In this document: positions 9,488 through 18,289 of the stretch, one piece after another
Numbering within the stretch: position 1 is the first letter of the stretch
Layout of the letters: each line of letters opens with the position of its first letter
Assembly: GCA_964431835.1 (NCBI GenBank)
Contig: CAYSKO010000001.1
Span: forward strand, 137,743 to 201,742
Source: an uncultured Planctomycetia bacterium
GTDB lineage: Bacteria; Omnitrophota; Gorgyraeia; 2-02-FULL-51-18
DNA: 64,000 nucleotides
Direction: 5' to 3'
Notes under the pieces: model-generated
The model's input: only the letters and a program-made list of their open reading frames with translations
What the model was told of the DNA's origin: nothing
Database searches by the model: none
Program-made: the position numbers and the translations under genes

Positions 9488-11761
9488 GTGAGTATGGATA
9501 GATTTGTTCGTTTCGTCGGTGCGGCCGTTCTCTTTTTCGGGTTTTTCGGTTCCGTGGCGGATGCGGCGGATCCGCGTCTGATTCTCTCGAAGGGGAAGGC
9601 GTCGTTCGGAACGCAGGACACGCGGCGCGGGGGCTCACCCGAAAGCCTGCAAGCCGCCGAAACCGCCCAAGCCGCCGCTATCTCGCACAAGAACGCACTC
9701 CAGGAACCTTCTAATTTTCTTTCCGCTCAAGCCGCCCCCTCTTTGATCGAGCCGTCCGTGACGGCACCGACCCAGGTCGGCTGGTCGGGCGGCAGCACGT
9801 ACCCCGCGATCGTCTACGATCCGAAAATCCGCGGCCGGGCGTATACGCTTTCGGATTCCTCCGGCTTCTATCGCTCCGAAAACGGAGGCGCTACGTGGCA
9901 AGCCGCCAATCAGGGCGTCGTGAACCTCGCGGTCGCGTCGCTCGCCATCGCCCCGTCAAATTCCAACGTTCTCTACATGGGTTCGACCGCCGGCGTGCAC
10001 CGCTCGAACGACGCCGGAAAGACCTGGACCTTCTCCGAGGCGTCGCGCGGGAAGATCCCGTTTAAAAGGCTCGCGAGTTACAAGGCGCTCGCCGTCGACG
10101 CGCTGAACGTCAATAAAGTGTACGCGGGCTCCTCGGCTGGCCAGGTGTTCCATTCCGCCGACGGGGGAACGAGCTGGACGCAGGTGGGAACGCTCGCCAT
10201 CGGCGTGCCGGTGAGCGCGCTCCACCTGACGCGCGACGGCAGGCTCTTCGCCGGTTCTTCGAAAGGCCTCATGACGTACCAGGGCGGGACGTGGCAAAAG
10301 GTCGCACTCAAGAGCGACCACGTGTACGACATCGTCTCGATCATGCACAACGGCAAGGAGACGCTTTACGTCACGAACGGCCGCAACGTCGCTCATTCGA
10401 GCGACCTCGGCGTCCCGACGGTGTGGTGGTACGCCGGCATGGTGCCGAAATTCAACGCCGCGACGGACGGATGGATCAACCGCATCGCGGTGAGGCAGCA
10501 TCCGAGAACCGGCAAGGTCGAGGTGCTCGCGTCGCTTAAAAAGGACTGGAACGGCCGCCTTTTCCTGGGTACGAACCACGGCGAGTCGTGGAAGGAGATC
10601 GGTCTCAATTTCAACAACGACCCTCTCGCGAATCCGACGCGCGAGTGGAAGAAAAGCGGCGCGAACCAGTGGCTCGCCGTCGCGTTCGACCCATTCAATA
10701 CCGAGACGTTCACGATCGCCGACGACTGGGGCCTCTGGAAGACGACCGACTCCGGCGCGAGCTGGAACGAAAGCATCGCGGGCACGCCCAACGTGATGGG
10801 GACCTCGATCGTTCGCGATCCGCTCACGGGCACTTATCTCGTGGGCACGATGGACAACGGCCTGGTCGAGCTGAATCCGCAGACGGGCGCGATGAAGGCG
10901 GTGTTTCCGAACGCCTCGACTCCCTGGCAGCTTCATGGCCACGTCTGGAAGGCGGAAGTGCTTCCGAACGGAAACCGGATTCTTGCGGTTTCGCCTTGGA
11001 ACAGTGCGTCGAACGTCGTGGTCGTGGTGCGTCCCGACGGAACGACGGCCCTCGCGAACGGCCTTCCGGCGCTCTATCCCAAGACGAACACCGTCTGGGA
11101 GAAGGGCTACATGCGCACGCTCGCGGTCGATCCGTCGAACCCGGATAAACTTTACCTGGGAATCGACGGCAACGACGGCGGCGGACTTTACGTCTCCACG
11201 GACGGGGGGCTCAACTGGGCGCGTTCCGCGGGTCAGCCCGCGTCGCTCCGTGTCTACAACGGCCTCGCGGTCGATCCCGTCGAAACGAACCGCCTTTTCT
11301 GGGGAGCGATGGGTTCCGGCGGTGGCGTGTACCGTTCGCTCGACGCGGGCGGTACGTGGACGCGCGTGTTCACCGGCTCCTACAACGTCTCGGACGTGGT
11401 CGTCGGCCCGGATCAAACGGTGTACGCCGGAGGCGATACCGGTGGCCCCGCGCTTTACGTTTCGCGCGACAAGGGCGCGACGTGGGGAATGCTTAAGAAA
11501 TTCGAAGGCACGGGCACGCTTCAGGCGATCACGATCGACCCGAACGATCCCAAGCGTATGGTCGTGAGCTCCCGCAAATGGGGCGACTCCACGGGCGCGA
11601 AAGTCTATTTCACGGCGGACGCCGGAAAGACGTGGAAGGAAGTCGCCGCAACCGGCCTGCCTAATACGTCCGGAGCCGCGGACGCCGTTTTCAGCCAGGA
11701 CGGAAAATCGCTGTATCTTCTCATGACCGCCGGTTCTCTTTACCAGGTACCGCTCCCGTGA
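9488..11761 (+). CDS. Secreted BNR/Asp-box repeat protein (sialidase/GH74-like double beta-propeller), paralog 1
   Basis: Signal peptide plus at least 8 S-x-D-x-G-x-T-W motifs (SENGGATW, SNDAGKTW, SADGGTSW and others). An ATG at 9494 is an alternative start. Confidence 0.65.
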   Translation: MSMDRFVRFVGAAVLFFGFFGSVADAADPRLILSKGKASFGTQDTRRGGSPESLQAAETAQAAAISHKNALQEPSNFLSAQAAPSLIEPSVTAPTQVGWSGGSTYPAIVYDPKIRGRAYTLSDSSGFYRSENGGATWQAANQGVVNLAVASLAIAPSNSNVLYMGSTAGVHRSNDAGKTWTFSEASRGKIPFKRLASYKALAVDALNVNKVYAGSSAGQVFHSADGGTSWTQVGTLAIGVPVSALHLTRDGRLFAGSSKGLMTYQGGTWQKVALKSDHVYDIVSIMHNGKETLYVTNGRNVAHSSDLGVPTVWWYAGMVPKFNAATDGWINRIAVRQHPRTGKVEVLASLKKDWNGRLFLGTNHGESWKEIGLNFNNDPLANPTREWKKSGANQWLAVAFDPFNTETFTIADDWGLWKTTDSGASWNESIAGTPNVMGTSIVRDPLTGTYLVGTMDNGLVELNPQTGAMKAVFPNASTPWQLHGHVWKAEVLPNGNRILAVSPWNSASNVVVVVRPDGTTALANGLPALYPKTNTVWEKGYMRTLAVDPSNPDKLYLGIDGNDGGGLYVSTDGGLNWARSAGQPASLRVYNGLAVDPVETNRLFWGAMGSGGGVYRSLDAGGTWTRVFTGSYNVSDVVVGPDQTVYAGGDTGGPALYVSRDKGATWGMLKKFEGTGTLQAITIDPNDPKRMVVSSRKWGDSTGAKVYFTADAGKTWKEVAATGLPNTSGAADAVFSQDGKSLYLLMTAGSLYQVPLP

Positions 11762-12666
11762 CGGATCCCGCCCGTTCCACCCCGATGCCGAAAGCGTCGA
11801 TTCTCATCGTCGACGACGTGCCGGCCAATCTCATTGCGCTGGAAGCGGTTCTTTCCGAATACGACGTCGTGTCGGCGAAATCCGGCCAAGAGGCTTTGGA
11901 TGTCTTGAAGGACCGAAACTTCAACGTGATCCTCCTCGACATCCAAATGCCGGGAATGGACGGCTTCGAAGCAGCGCGCCGCATGAAGCAGATGAGCACG
12001 TACCACGGCACGCCGATCATCTTCGTCACGGCGAACTTCAAGGACGACCCGTACGTGAAAAAAGGATACGAAGCGGGCGGCGTCGATTACTTCACGAAAC
12101 CTTTCGACCCGGACATCCTTCGGATGAAGGTCGGTATCTACGCGTCGTTCCATCAGAAGACGAGCCTCCTCAAGGAGCGCGAAGAAAGGATCCGGCAATC
12201 GGAGGAACTGTTGAAAGCGGGCCATAAGCTGGCCGGGGTCCTCGAATCGCTCCCCGTGGGGGTGATCATCTCAGACGCCAAGGGAGGCATTCTCCAGACG
12301 AACGACGCGGTGCTCCGGATTTGGAAATCCATCGATCCGTCGCGGAAGGATTCCGCCGGAGAATTCTTGAAATGGTGGACGACGGCGGGAACGGCCATGA
12401 AAGACGCGTTCGCGACGACGTTAAGCACCGGTAGCTCGTCCCACAACGAGGTGCTCGACATCCAGTGCTTCGACGGAACCTGCAAGGCGATCTTGGTTTC
12501 CGTCTCTCCGCTCCTGGGAATCGACGACCAGATGGTAGGCGCCGTCGCCGTCGCCCAGGACATCACCGAGCACCGGAAGATCGAAGCCCACATGGAGGAG
12601 AGCATCATGAAGCTCGTTTCTATCGGCGTCGAGCTCCAGCAGATCGGCCCCACCGCTCCCGCCTGA
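11758..12666 (+). CDS. Response regulator with receiver plus PAS domain
   Basis: ILIVDDVPANL...LLDIQMPGMDG receiver followed by a PAS-like segment. GTG at 11758 overlaps the upstream stop; an ATG at 11785 is also possible. Confidence 0.7.
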   Translation: MTDPARSTPMPKASILIVDDVPANLIALEAVLSEYDVVSAKSGQEALDVLKDRNFNVILLDIQMPGMDGFEAARRMKQMSTYHGTPIIFVTANFKDDPYVKKGYEAGGVDYFTKPFDPDILRMKVGIYASFHQKTSLLKEREERIRQSEELLKAGHKLAGVLESLPVGVIISDAKGGILQTNDAVLRIWKSIDPSRKDSAGEFLKWWTTAGTAMKDAFATTLSTGSSSHNEVLDIQCFDGTCKAILVSVSPLLGIDDQMVGAVAVAQDITEHRKIEAHMEESIMKLVSIGVELQQIGPTAPA

Positions 12667-12671
12667 CAGGC

Positions 12672-12765
12672 TTAGAATTAGCTTTTTTTAATCCGCTTCT
12701 AATCCCGCTTTAATCCGTCCTTTCGTATACTGATTTCATCGTCGGATCCGCCTTTTCGTATCATT
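12672..12765 (+). promoter_or_regulatory. AT-rich phased TAATC-hexamer module (copy C) with duplicated TTTCGTATACT / TTTCGTATCAT boxes
   Basis: TTAATCCgcttcTAATCCcgcttTAATCCgtccTTTCGTATACT, then CCTTTTCGTATCAT. Confidence 0.45.
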
Positions 12766-12801
12766 CCGGGCCGAGCTTTCCTTAGATCAACGGAGGATTT
12801 T

Positions 12802-13317
12802 ATGCCCGCTAAAAAAAGCTCCAACAGCTCTACCGCCAGCAAGAAGAAGTCCAAGACGTACATCGATCTTCTCATCGCCGACCACGACAAAGTACGCGCG
12901 CTCTTCAAGCGGTTCGAAAAGACCGAAGACGACGATCAGAAGCGCGAAATCGTCGAGACCACGATCCTCGAGCTCAAGATTCATGCGACGATCGAAGAGG
13001 AGATCGTGTATCCCGCCTTCCGTGAGAACGAGGTCGTGGAAGAGGACATGATGGACGAGGCGGACGTCGAGCACGAAGTCGCCAAAAACCTCATCGCCGA
13101 GCTCGAGAACATGAAGCCGGGCGACGAATACTACGACGCGAAATTCACGGTGCTTTGCGAAATCATCGAGCACCACGCCGAGGAGGAAGAGGAAGAGATC
13201 TTCCCCGAAGCGCGTAAATCGAAAGAGATCGACGCGGAAGACATTACGGGCCGCGTCGCGGACCGCAAGCAGCAGCTGATGCAGGAACTCGGCGCGGAGC
13301 TCGCGGAAGCAAAATAA
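12802..13317 (+). CDS. Hemerythrin HHE cation-binding domain protein
   Basis: Repeated H/E ligands (IADHDK, IHATIEEE, VEHEV, IIEHHAEEEEE). RBS is AACGGAGGA. Confidence 0.7.
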   Translation: MPAKKSSNSSTASKKKSKTYIDLLIADHDKVRALFKRFEKTEDDDQKREIVETTILELKIHATIEEEIVYPAFRENEVVEEDMMDEADVEHEVAKNLIAELENMKPGDEYYDAKFTVLCEIIEHHAEEEEEEIFPEARKSKEIDAEDITGRVADRKQQLMQELGAELAEAK

Positions 13318-13350
13318 TAACCGCTCCACCGAAAAGGGGAGGTTTCGTCC

Positions 13351-13545
13351 ATGGGCATTCTGAAGACTCTGGTCGCCGGAACCATCGCCGTTGGCGCCGC
13401 TCGTCTGGCGATGAAGAACAAGAAGTTGGGCCGCGTCACGCGCGACGCGAAAGCGAGCATCCGCAAGGCCGTTCGCTCCGCCGCTCCGAAGGCTCGCAGC
13501 CTGAAGAGCAAGGCCCGCGTCAAGGCGAGAACCGCCTCGAAATAA
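13351..13545 (+). CDS. Small basic protein (64 aa) with N-terminal hydrophobic segment
   Basis: RBS GGGGAGG, followed by an intrinsic terminator. Confidence 0.4.
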   Translation: MGILKTLVAGTIAVGAARLAMKNKKLGRVTRDAKASIRKAVRSAAPKARSLKSKARVKARTASK

Positions 13546-13568
13546 CCGCTATAGACGCAAGAAAAACG

Positions 13569-13603
13569 AACGCCCGCCGGTCCAGCCGGCGGGCGTTTTT
13601 GTC
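13569..13603. terminator. Bidirectional rho-independent terminator
   Basis: Hairpin ACGCCCGCCGG-tccag-CCGGCGGGCGT with a T-run on both strands. It lies between convergent genes. Confidence 0.7.
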
Positions 13604-13628
13604 GGTTCCGGATCTCGAGGAGGAGGCT

Positions 13629-14135
13629 CTAGGACGCTCTTTCCAGAGCGAGAAGAACGCGCTTCGTGTTCTTCGGCCCGGAATAGCCGCCGGTCTTGCC
13701 GGAAGCGTTGATCACGCGGTGGCAGGGAACGACGATGCAGAGGGGGTTTTTTCCGTTCGCGCCGCCGACGGCACGAACCGCCTTAGGGTTACGGATCCGC
13801 CGCGCGACGGCCGCGTAGGAGCACGTTTCTCCGTACGGGATCTCGCTCAGGGCTTTCCACACTTTTTTCTGGAAAGCGGAGCCTTCCGGGTCGAGCGGCA
13901 GATCGAATTCCCGTCGTTTTCCGGCGAAATAGTCTTCGAGTTGCTTCACCGCGCGGGCCAGCAGCTTGGCTTCGGCCGTACGGCCGTCCAGCGACCGAAT
14001 CACGGGAGCGTGCTGCTTCCGCCAGAACACGCCCTGAAGTCCTTTTGCGGACGCGACGAGATAAAGGGGGCCGATCTTCGATTTCATGAGCCACTGTGCC
14101 GCCATTTTTTCCTCCCAGCCTTCTCTTTTAGACAT
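13629..14135 (-). CDS. ogt: Methylated-DNA-protein-cysteine methyltransferase
   Basis: Active site motif IVVPCHRVI and helix-turn-wing PYGETCSYAAVA. Confidence 0.85.
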   Translation of the reverse strand: MSKREGWEEKMAAQWLMKSKIGPLYLVASAKGLQGVFWRKQHAPVIRSLDGRTAEAKLLARAVKQLEDYFAGKRREFDLPLDPEGSAFQKKVWKALSEIPYGETCSYAAVARRIRNPKAVRAVGGANGKNPLCIVVPCHRVINASGKTGGYSGPKNTKRVLLALERAS

Positions 14136-14378
14136 AAAAGCACTATAAGCTGCATCGCCGCCCCATCAAAGTCTTTATCTTATACCGTGTATAAATTCTC
14201 TTTCGAATCCGGTTGCCGTCCGGCGGGTCCGATGATAACCTAATCGCACTTACCGTGAGCCCACTTCCGACATGAACCTCGAGCATTTCGCGAGTATCGC
14301 CTCGCACGATCCCCTGAGCACGCCCGGCCAGGGTTCGACGTTCATTGCCGAGCTCCAGGCGAAGATCGTGATGAGCGC

Positions 14379-15290
14379 GTGAAGGACATCAATTTAGAGA
14401 TAGTGCGCGTCACGGAGGCGGCGGCGATCGCCGCGGCTTCGTGGGTGGGGAGCGGGAACAAGAAAGCCGCCGACAAAGACGCGACCGACGCGATGCGCGT
14501 GCGTCTCTCGGCAATCGACTTCCGCGGCCGCGTGATCATCGGCGAAGGCATCAAGGACGAGAGCGCGGGCCTCTTCGCGGGGGAAACGGTCGGATGCGGC
14601 GGGGAGAAGTCTAAGATCTACGACATCGCGGTCGATCCGATCGAGGGGACGCGGCCCACGGTCCAGTCCGGGCCGGAGGCGCTGAGCGTGCTCGCGGTGG
14701 CGGGCAAGGACGCGCTTTTTTCGACCGCCGAATTCTACATGAAGAAGTTCGCCTACGGCCCCGCGATTGCGGAGAAGACGAAGCTCTCCATCGCGGACCC
14801 TCTTCCCGAGACGATCCGGAAGATATCCGCGGCGACGGGGAAGGACCCCGGCCGGGTCATGGTCTGCGTGCTCGACCGCCCTCGCCATGAAGGCCTGATC
14901 GCTGAGCTGCGCTCGCTCGGGACCCGCATCAAACTGATCCAGGACTGCGACGTCTCGGGCGGCATCGCGACGTGCCTCGAGCGAAGCGGCATCGACCTTC
15001 TCTGCGGCATCGGCGGCTCACCGGAAGGCGTTATCACCGCCTGCGCGATCAAATGCCTGAAAGGGGACTTCCAGGCGCAGATCGTGAAGAAGGACGGCAC
15101 GGTGGAACAGCGCGTCCTCGGCCTCGAAGATCTCGTTAAGGGTCCGTGCGCATTCGCAGCGACGGGAATCACCGACGGCAGCCTTCTTCGCGGTGTCCGC
15201 TTCGATCCTTCCGGCCCCCGCACCCACAGCGTTTTCATGCGCTCGATCAGCGGAACGATCCGCTGGATCAGCGCCTCCCACGGAAACTAA
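14379..15290 (+). CDS. glpX: Fructose-1,6-bisphosphatase class II
   Basis: N-terminus LEIVRVTEAAAIAAASWVGSGNK and the metal-binding region are GlpX-like. Confidence 0.85.
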   Translation: MKDINLEIVRVTEAAAIAAASWVGSGNKKAADKDATDAMRVRLSAIDFRGRVIIGEGIKDESAGLFAGETVGCGGEKSKIYDIAVDPIEGTRPTVQSGPEALSVLAVAGKDALFSTAEFYMKKFAYGPAIAEKTKLSIADPLPETIRKISAATGKDPGRVMVCVLDRPRHEGLIAELRSLGTRIKLIQDCDVSGGIATCLERSGIDLLCGIGGSPEGVITACAIKCLKGDFQAQIVKKDGTVEQRVLGLEDLVKGPCAFAATGITDGSLLRGVRFDPSGPRTHSVFMRSISGTIRWISASHGN

Positions 15291-15396
15291 CGCCCTCACG
15301 ACCTCCGGCCCGAGTTTTCTCCTTCCGTTATATTAATATCCGCTTAACCGAGCCGTAACATGGCGCGGCTATACTCCACATCAGAAAGCGGAGATC

Positions 15397-16086
15397 ATGG
15401 AAGAAAAGCGTCAGCTCGAGGTTCTTTACCAAATCAGCCGGGAACTCGTGGGGAAGCAGGATCTCGACGCGATCCTGCAGCAGGTGGTCAGCATGACCTC
15501 GCAGTTGATCGATTCCAAGATTTGCTCTTTGATGCTCCTGGACACCAAACGGGAGCGACTCGTCATCAAGGCGACGCAGAGCTTGAGTCTCGCCTACAGG
15601 GATAAGCCGCCGATCCGCGTGGGCCAGAGCGTGAGCGGGCAGGTGGTATCGCGCAAGGAACCGATCCAGGTCGCCGACGTGTCGAAAGATCCGCTTTACG
15701 GGTACCCGGACCTCGCGCGGCAGGAGGGGTTCAAATCGCTGCTCTGCGTTCCGCTCCTTCTGGCAGACAGGGTGATAGGGGTGCTGAACTCCTACACGGA
15801 AGCGGAACGGACGTTCTCAAAAGAGGAGGTCCAACTTGTTCAGACGGTTGCGAATCAGGCGGCTATGGTCATCGAGCACGCCCGGCTTATCTCCGAGGAA
15901 GCGCAAGCCCGTCTCTCGCTCGAGACGAAAAAGGCGGTGGACGCGGCCAAGCGGCTCCTGATCAAGTCGCGCGGAATGTCGGAGGAGGACGCGCACCGGT
16001 TCATCCAGAAGGCCAGCATGGAGAAGAACAGGCCCCAGAAGGAAATCGCCGACGCGATCCTGATGGCGGCCGATCTGACGAAGTGA
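15397..16086 (+). CDS. GAF-ANTAR RNA-binding antiterminator-type regulator
   Basis: GAF core, then a C-terminal ANTAR helix region (AVDAAKRLLIKSRGMSEEDAHRFIQKASMEKNRP). TATACT at 15370-15375 gives a 21-nt leader. Confidence 0.7.
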   Translation: MEEKRQLEVLYQISRELVGKQDLDAILQQVVSMTSQLIDSKICSLMLLDTKRERLVIKATQSLSLAYRDKPPIRVGQSVSGQVVSRKEPIQVADVSKDPLYGYPDLARQEGFKSLLCVPLLLADRVIGVLNSYTEAERTFSKEEVQLVQTVANQAAMVIEHARLISEEAQARLSLETKKAVDAAKRLLIKSRGMSEEDAHRFIQKASMEKNRPQKEIADAILMAADLTK

Positions 16087-16198
16087 ACGGACGGTTTTAA
16101 AAGAACGAACGACCGATGGGGATAATGACGTCCTTATCTTGAAGAGGCCGAAGGCGGCTTCCTCGGGGTAAGGATTTTTTCATTCATAGGAGGCAGCG

Positions 16199-16342
16199 AT
16201 GAATAACGCGGTTTACGGTCTCACGGAAAAAGCGGTTTCGATCTGGATGCGGATCAACGAACGAATGGCGGAGGACGAACGGCGCCGGGAAAACGAAAGG
16301 GTGTGGATGATCTGCACGACCGACCGCGGAGCGAGAGCCTGA
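16199..16342 (+). CDS. Candidate 47-aa small ORF in the 290-nt leader between the ANTAR gene and the PII genes
   Basis: Strong SD TAGGAGG 7 nt upstream of ATG. Stop TGA is in frame with the downstream PII gene. Confidence 0.25.
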   Translation: MNNAVYGLTEKAVSIWMRINERMAEDERRRENERVWMICTTDRGARA

Positions 16343-16378
16343 GGTGCTCACCGGAGAGAAGGACGCGGGGCCGTCCGC

Positions 16379-16729
16379 GTGAAGGAAGTGATGGCTGTCG
16401 TGCGCCCCGGAAAAGCGCGCGAGACGATGGAAGCGCTTGCGCGGATGGGCTGCCCCGCCTCGACCTCTTTTCGCGTGTTCGGACGCGGCCGGCAGAAAGG
16501 CCTGCGCTACGCCTCCGCCGAAATCGGCGCCCAGGAGATCACGGTCCGGTATCTTCCCAAGAAAATGATTCTTTGCGTCGTGCCCGACCGGCACTGGCGC
16601 GCGACGGTGCAGACGATCATCCGAGTCAACCAATCCGGCCAGTTCGGCGACGGCAAGGTGTTCGTCTCCGATATCAGGGAAACCTGCCGTATCCGCACCG
16701 GCGAAACTCAGGATGCCGCGCTTCGATGA
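16379..16729 (+). CDS. PII-family (GlnB-like) signal transduction protein, divergent, member 1
   Basis: T-loop GRGRQKG and B-loop GQFGDGKVFVSDI. An ATG at 16391 is an alternative start. Confidence 0.7.
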   Translation: MKEVMAVVRPGKARETMEALARMGCPASTSFRVFGRGRQKGLRYASAEIGAQEITVRYLPKKMILCVVPDRHWRATVQTIIRVNQSGQFGDGKVFVSDIRETCRIRTGETQDAALR

Positions 16730-17043
16730 AGATGATCAAGGCCGTGATACGGCCCGAAAAGGAATTCGACGTGGTCGGAGGTCTCGAGAAAGAGGGGTTC
16801 AATTCGCTCACGAAGCTCGACGTGCTCGGCAGGGGTCGCCAGAAAGGCGTGCGCGTCGGCGGAGCCGTTTACGACGAGCTCGCGAAGCTCCTCATTTACA
16901 TCGTCGTCGAGGACAAAGACGCGTCGCGTGTCGTCGAGACGATCAAGAAGCACGCGCACACGGGAAACTTCGGCGACGGAAAGATATTTATCTCCGACGT
17001 CCGCGAAGCCTACACGATCCGGACTGGAAAAAACCGCCTTTAG
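16726..17043 (+). CDS. PII-family signal transduction protein, divergent, member 2
   Basis: MKMIKAVIRP, GRGRQKG and GNFGDGKIFISDV. ATGA overlap with the upstream PII stop. Confidence 0.7.
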   Translation: MKMIKAVIRPEKEFDVVGGLEKEGFNSLTKLDVLGRGRQKGVRVGGAVYDELAKLLIYIVVEDKDASRVVETIKKHAHTGNFGDGKIFISDVREAYTIRTGKNRL

Positions 17044-17103
17044 CATGATTCTGGTCGAAATGCGTCTCGGCCCCCTCCTCATCCTACCGCGCCTTGCCAC
17101 CGG

Positions 17104-18149
17104 ATGATCGGCTCCGAAGCGGCGCTCGCGGCGGTCCTTTCGCACGCGCCCCGTCCGAAATCCGTTTCTGCGCCACTTCTTGCCGCGCTCGGGCACGTCG
17201 CGGCCCGCGACGTGAAATCTCCGCAGCCTTCGCCTCTCTTCGATAATTACGCGATGGACGGTTTCGCTTTTTCATCGGCATCGTCGGCCACCGCGGCCGC
17301 CGGGTCGCCGGTGCGGCTCCGGGTGACGGGCGCCGTCCGCGCCGGAGACGCCGTCGGGCCTCTCGGTTCCGGCGAAGCGGTGCGCATCATGACCGGAGCG
17401 GCCCTGCCTTTCGGCGCGGACACCGTGCTCCCGAATGAACGCGTGCTGACCGACCGGGATACGCTCGTCCTCCTCGAACCTGTCCGAGCGGGCGAGAACG
17501 TGCGTTACCGTGCGGAGGAATTGAAGAAAGGCGACGTCCTGCTACGCAAAGGCGCTCCGATCCACGCCGCCGCGGTGGGGATTCTCGCGGGCTTCGGGAT
17601 CCGGACGGTGGAAGCGTACGAATTTCAGCGTGTCGCGGTGATCGCGACTGGAAATGAACTGCGCTCGCCCGGAGAGGCGCTCGGCCCCGCGCAGATCTAC
17701 AATTCGAATTCCTGGATGATCCACGCGGCGCTCGTCCAAATGGGTATCCGGCCGATGTTTTGCAAACGCGTGGGGGATCACGCGGTCCACATCAAGAGGC
17801 TTCTCAAGTTCGCGCTCGCCCAGGCCGACGTCGTCATTTTGAGCGGGGGCGTTTCCGTGGGGGGCGCGGATCCGGTGAAGCCCCTCCTCCGAGACCTCGG
17901 GGTGCGTACGCTCTTTTGGAAGGTGAGCCAGAAACCCGGGAAGCCCCTTTTTTTGGCAAGCTCTCGAAGACGCTCGTCTTCGGCCTTCCGGGCAATCCGG
18001 CGGCGGTGTTCACCTATTTTTACGAGTACGTTTATCCCGCGATCCGCCGCATGTCCGGATTCGAGGAGCCGCGCCTGCGCCGCGAAGAGCTCGCGGTGGA
18101 AGAGCCGGTCGCGTCCGATCCCGAGAAATCCCTCAGCGCGCGCGAATAA
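17104..18149 (+). pseudogene. moeA: Molybdopterin molybdotransferase MoeA, reading frame broken by a 1-nt indel in a T7 run (17948-17954)
   Basis: NYAMDGFAF, GDHAV, KPGKPL in frame 1, then FFGKLSKTLVFGLPGNP in frame 0. Restoring a T8 gives a contiguous MoeA. Confidence 0.6.
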
Positions 18150-18167
18150 AAAGAGGGACCTCAAGAT

Positions 18168-18232
18168 CCATTAGAATCCTCTAATCCGCGTTTAATCCCT
18201 CTCTAATGCGCACTGTGCAATAATCTTCTCGC
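18168..18232 (+). promoter_or_regulatory. AT-rich phased TAATC-hexamer module (copy D), moeA to BNR paralog 2
   Basis: TTAGAATCCtcTAATCCgcgttTAATCCctctcTAATGC, then TGTGCAATAAT. Confidence 0.4.
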
Positions 18233-18289
18233 TCGACAATTTCCAAACCCATTTACCAGCATCTACAGTCATCCACAGGGGCGCCCTCC

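Noticed and set aside
14197-14215. TTCGAATCC, a T-loop-like motif that suggested a tRNA.
   Set aside because: No GG preceding it, and no acceptor, D or anticodon stems can be drawn. It lies in a divergent promoter region.
16150-16185. Hairpin plus U-tract in the PII leader as a definite ANTAR-controlled terminator.
   Set aside because: The stem is short and mismatched. I kept it only as a hypothesis inside the PII finding.
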